DNA of 64,000 bases from Centroscyllium fabricii (Eukaryota): contig JBNRSN020000039.1 in NCBI GenBank assembly GCA_051313645.2, positions 6,448,001 through 6,512,000 on the forward strand, written 5' to 3'. Position 1 is the first letter of the stretch; each line of letters starts with the position of its first letter. The notes under the pieces were generated by a model. It ran no database searches. It was not told the DNA's origin and was given only the letters and a program-made list of their open reading frames with translations. Below are positions 62,701 through 64,000 of the stretch, piece by piece. Both the position numbers and the translations under genes were made by a program.

Positions 62701-64000
62701 TTTTTATATATACAGCGAGAGTGAAGGGTTATCTCTGGGACAGTGCCGGGTTAAATAACCAATGAGGGCGGTTCACTATAAAGCGAGAGTTTGTGATTAT
62801 ATATCAGGAGAGTGTGGCATCACATATCGGGATGGTGCGGTTTATGTACCGGGAAAATACGGAATTATATACCGGGAAATTGCGGTGTTACATTCCGCGA
62901 GAGTGTAAGTTATATTCAGGGACAGGGCAGTGTTATAGGCCGGGACATTTTGGAGCTGAATATCAAGACACAGCGTAATTATATACTGCGTCGGTGAGGG
63001 GTAATATACTGCACACTGCGGGGTTCTATACCTGAAGAATTCAGGGTTATATACCGAGAGAGTGAGGGACATATAGCAGGATAAACAGAAATATGTAAAC
63101 GGAGCATTACTGAGTAAATTACAGGGAAACTGCGGGCTTAAATACCGGGAGAATGCGGGGTTCCACATCGGGAGAGTGCCGGAGATATAGCGAAACAGTG
63201 CAGAGTTCTTTACCGGAACTGTACGGTGTTATGTACTGGCGAGCGCAGGGTTAGATACCGGGACGTTGAAATATTGGGACAGAATTTCGTGCTGACCACA
63301 GTAGCTGCACAGGAACGGAGGGTGTCCAAAATGCCCCGTGCGATGAATGCACGGGGGATGCCCACGGAATGGAGATTTCAGATGCTGAGGGCGAAGGGCC
63401 CTCAGCATCAAACGCAGGAGTGAGTTGCACCCAGAATTTGGGATCCAAAAGGGTGATGATTGGTGCGTGATTCTGTGGGCAACGGGCCCACAAGCTGCAT
63501 GGAAGAAAACCAGTTTTAACCAGTATTAACAGTTCTGAGCACCAACGTTTTGGAAAGTTGTGACTGCAATAGAGAGGGCACATAGGAGATTTGCGAAGGT
63601 GATGCCAAGGTTGGAGTAATTTAGCTATGAGGAAATGTTGGATAGGTTGTTTTCTTTCTTTGCGATAGAGGTGGCTCAGTGGAGATTTAATTGAGGTGTA
63701 TAAAATTGTGAGGTGACTGGGTAGAGTGCACAAGAAGGACGGGTTTGTCTTCGCAGTGATGTCAGTAACCAAGGGGCAGAGATTTAAATAATTGGCCGGA
63801 ACATTAGATTGTTGTTGAGGAGCATATCTTTCATCCAGCGTTTGGTGGGTTTCTGAAACAAGCTGCCTGAAAGGCCGTTTGAGGCAGAAACCCTCAACAC
63901 AGTCAAAAGTAATTGGATATGTACTTTTAGCCTACAGGGCGACGGACCAGCTACTGGAACGTGGGAACAGGCAGGATATCTATCTTACAGGCGGCACAGA
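58745..64000 (-). repeat. Right arm of inverted segmental duplication (runs off the window end)
   Basis: Reverse complement of 14979-23746, lacking the CR1 and Rex-type insertions. Confidence 0.95.

Overview
This is eukaryotic, repeat-dominated DNA, almost certainly from an elasmobranch (shark or ray), judging by HE1-type SINEs, SacSINE1/Deu-type SINEs, many CR1 LINEs and Penelope-like remnants. I find no prokaryotic genes, no CRISPR array and no clearly intact host gene. Host-gene remnants are a GPR139-like class A GPCR with one in-frame stop (2890-3782, +) and three ribonuclease-inhibitor-type LRR exons of an NLR-like pseudogene (26.0, 33.5 and 34.6 kb, -) that the ORF track largely misses. 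The main structure is a >5 kb inverted segmental duplication (14979-23746 vs 58745-64000) built on a 23-bp satellite. Its right arm keeps the empty sites for a young, nearly intact CR1 ORF2 and for a Rex/Babar-tailed non-autonomous element. Also notable are a perfect 37-bp-arm hairpin with a minimal hammerhead-ribozyme-like motif on each strand at the duplication breakpoint, and a chimeric 5S-rRNA-headed retroposon with a Rex-type tail. All alignments were done by eye, and boundaries of old repeats are approximate.
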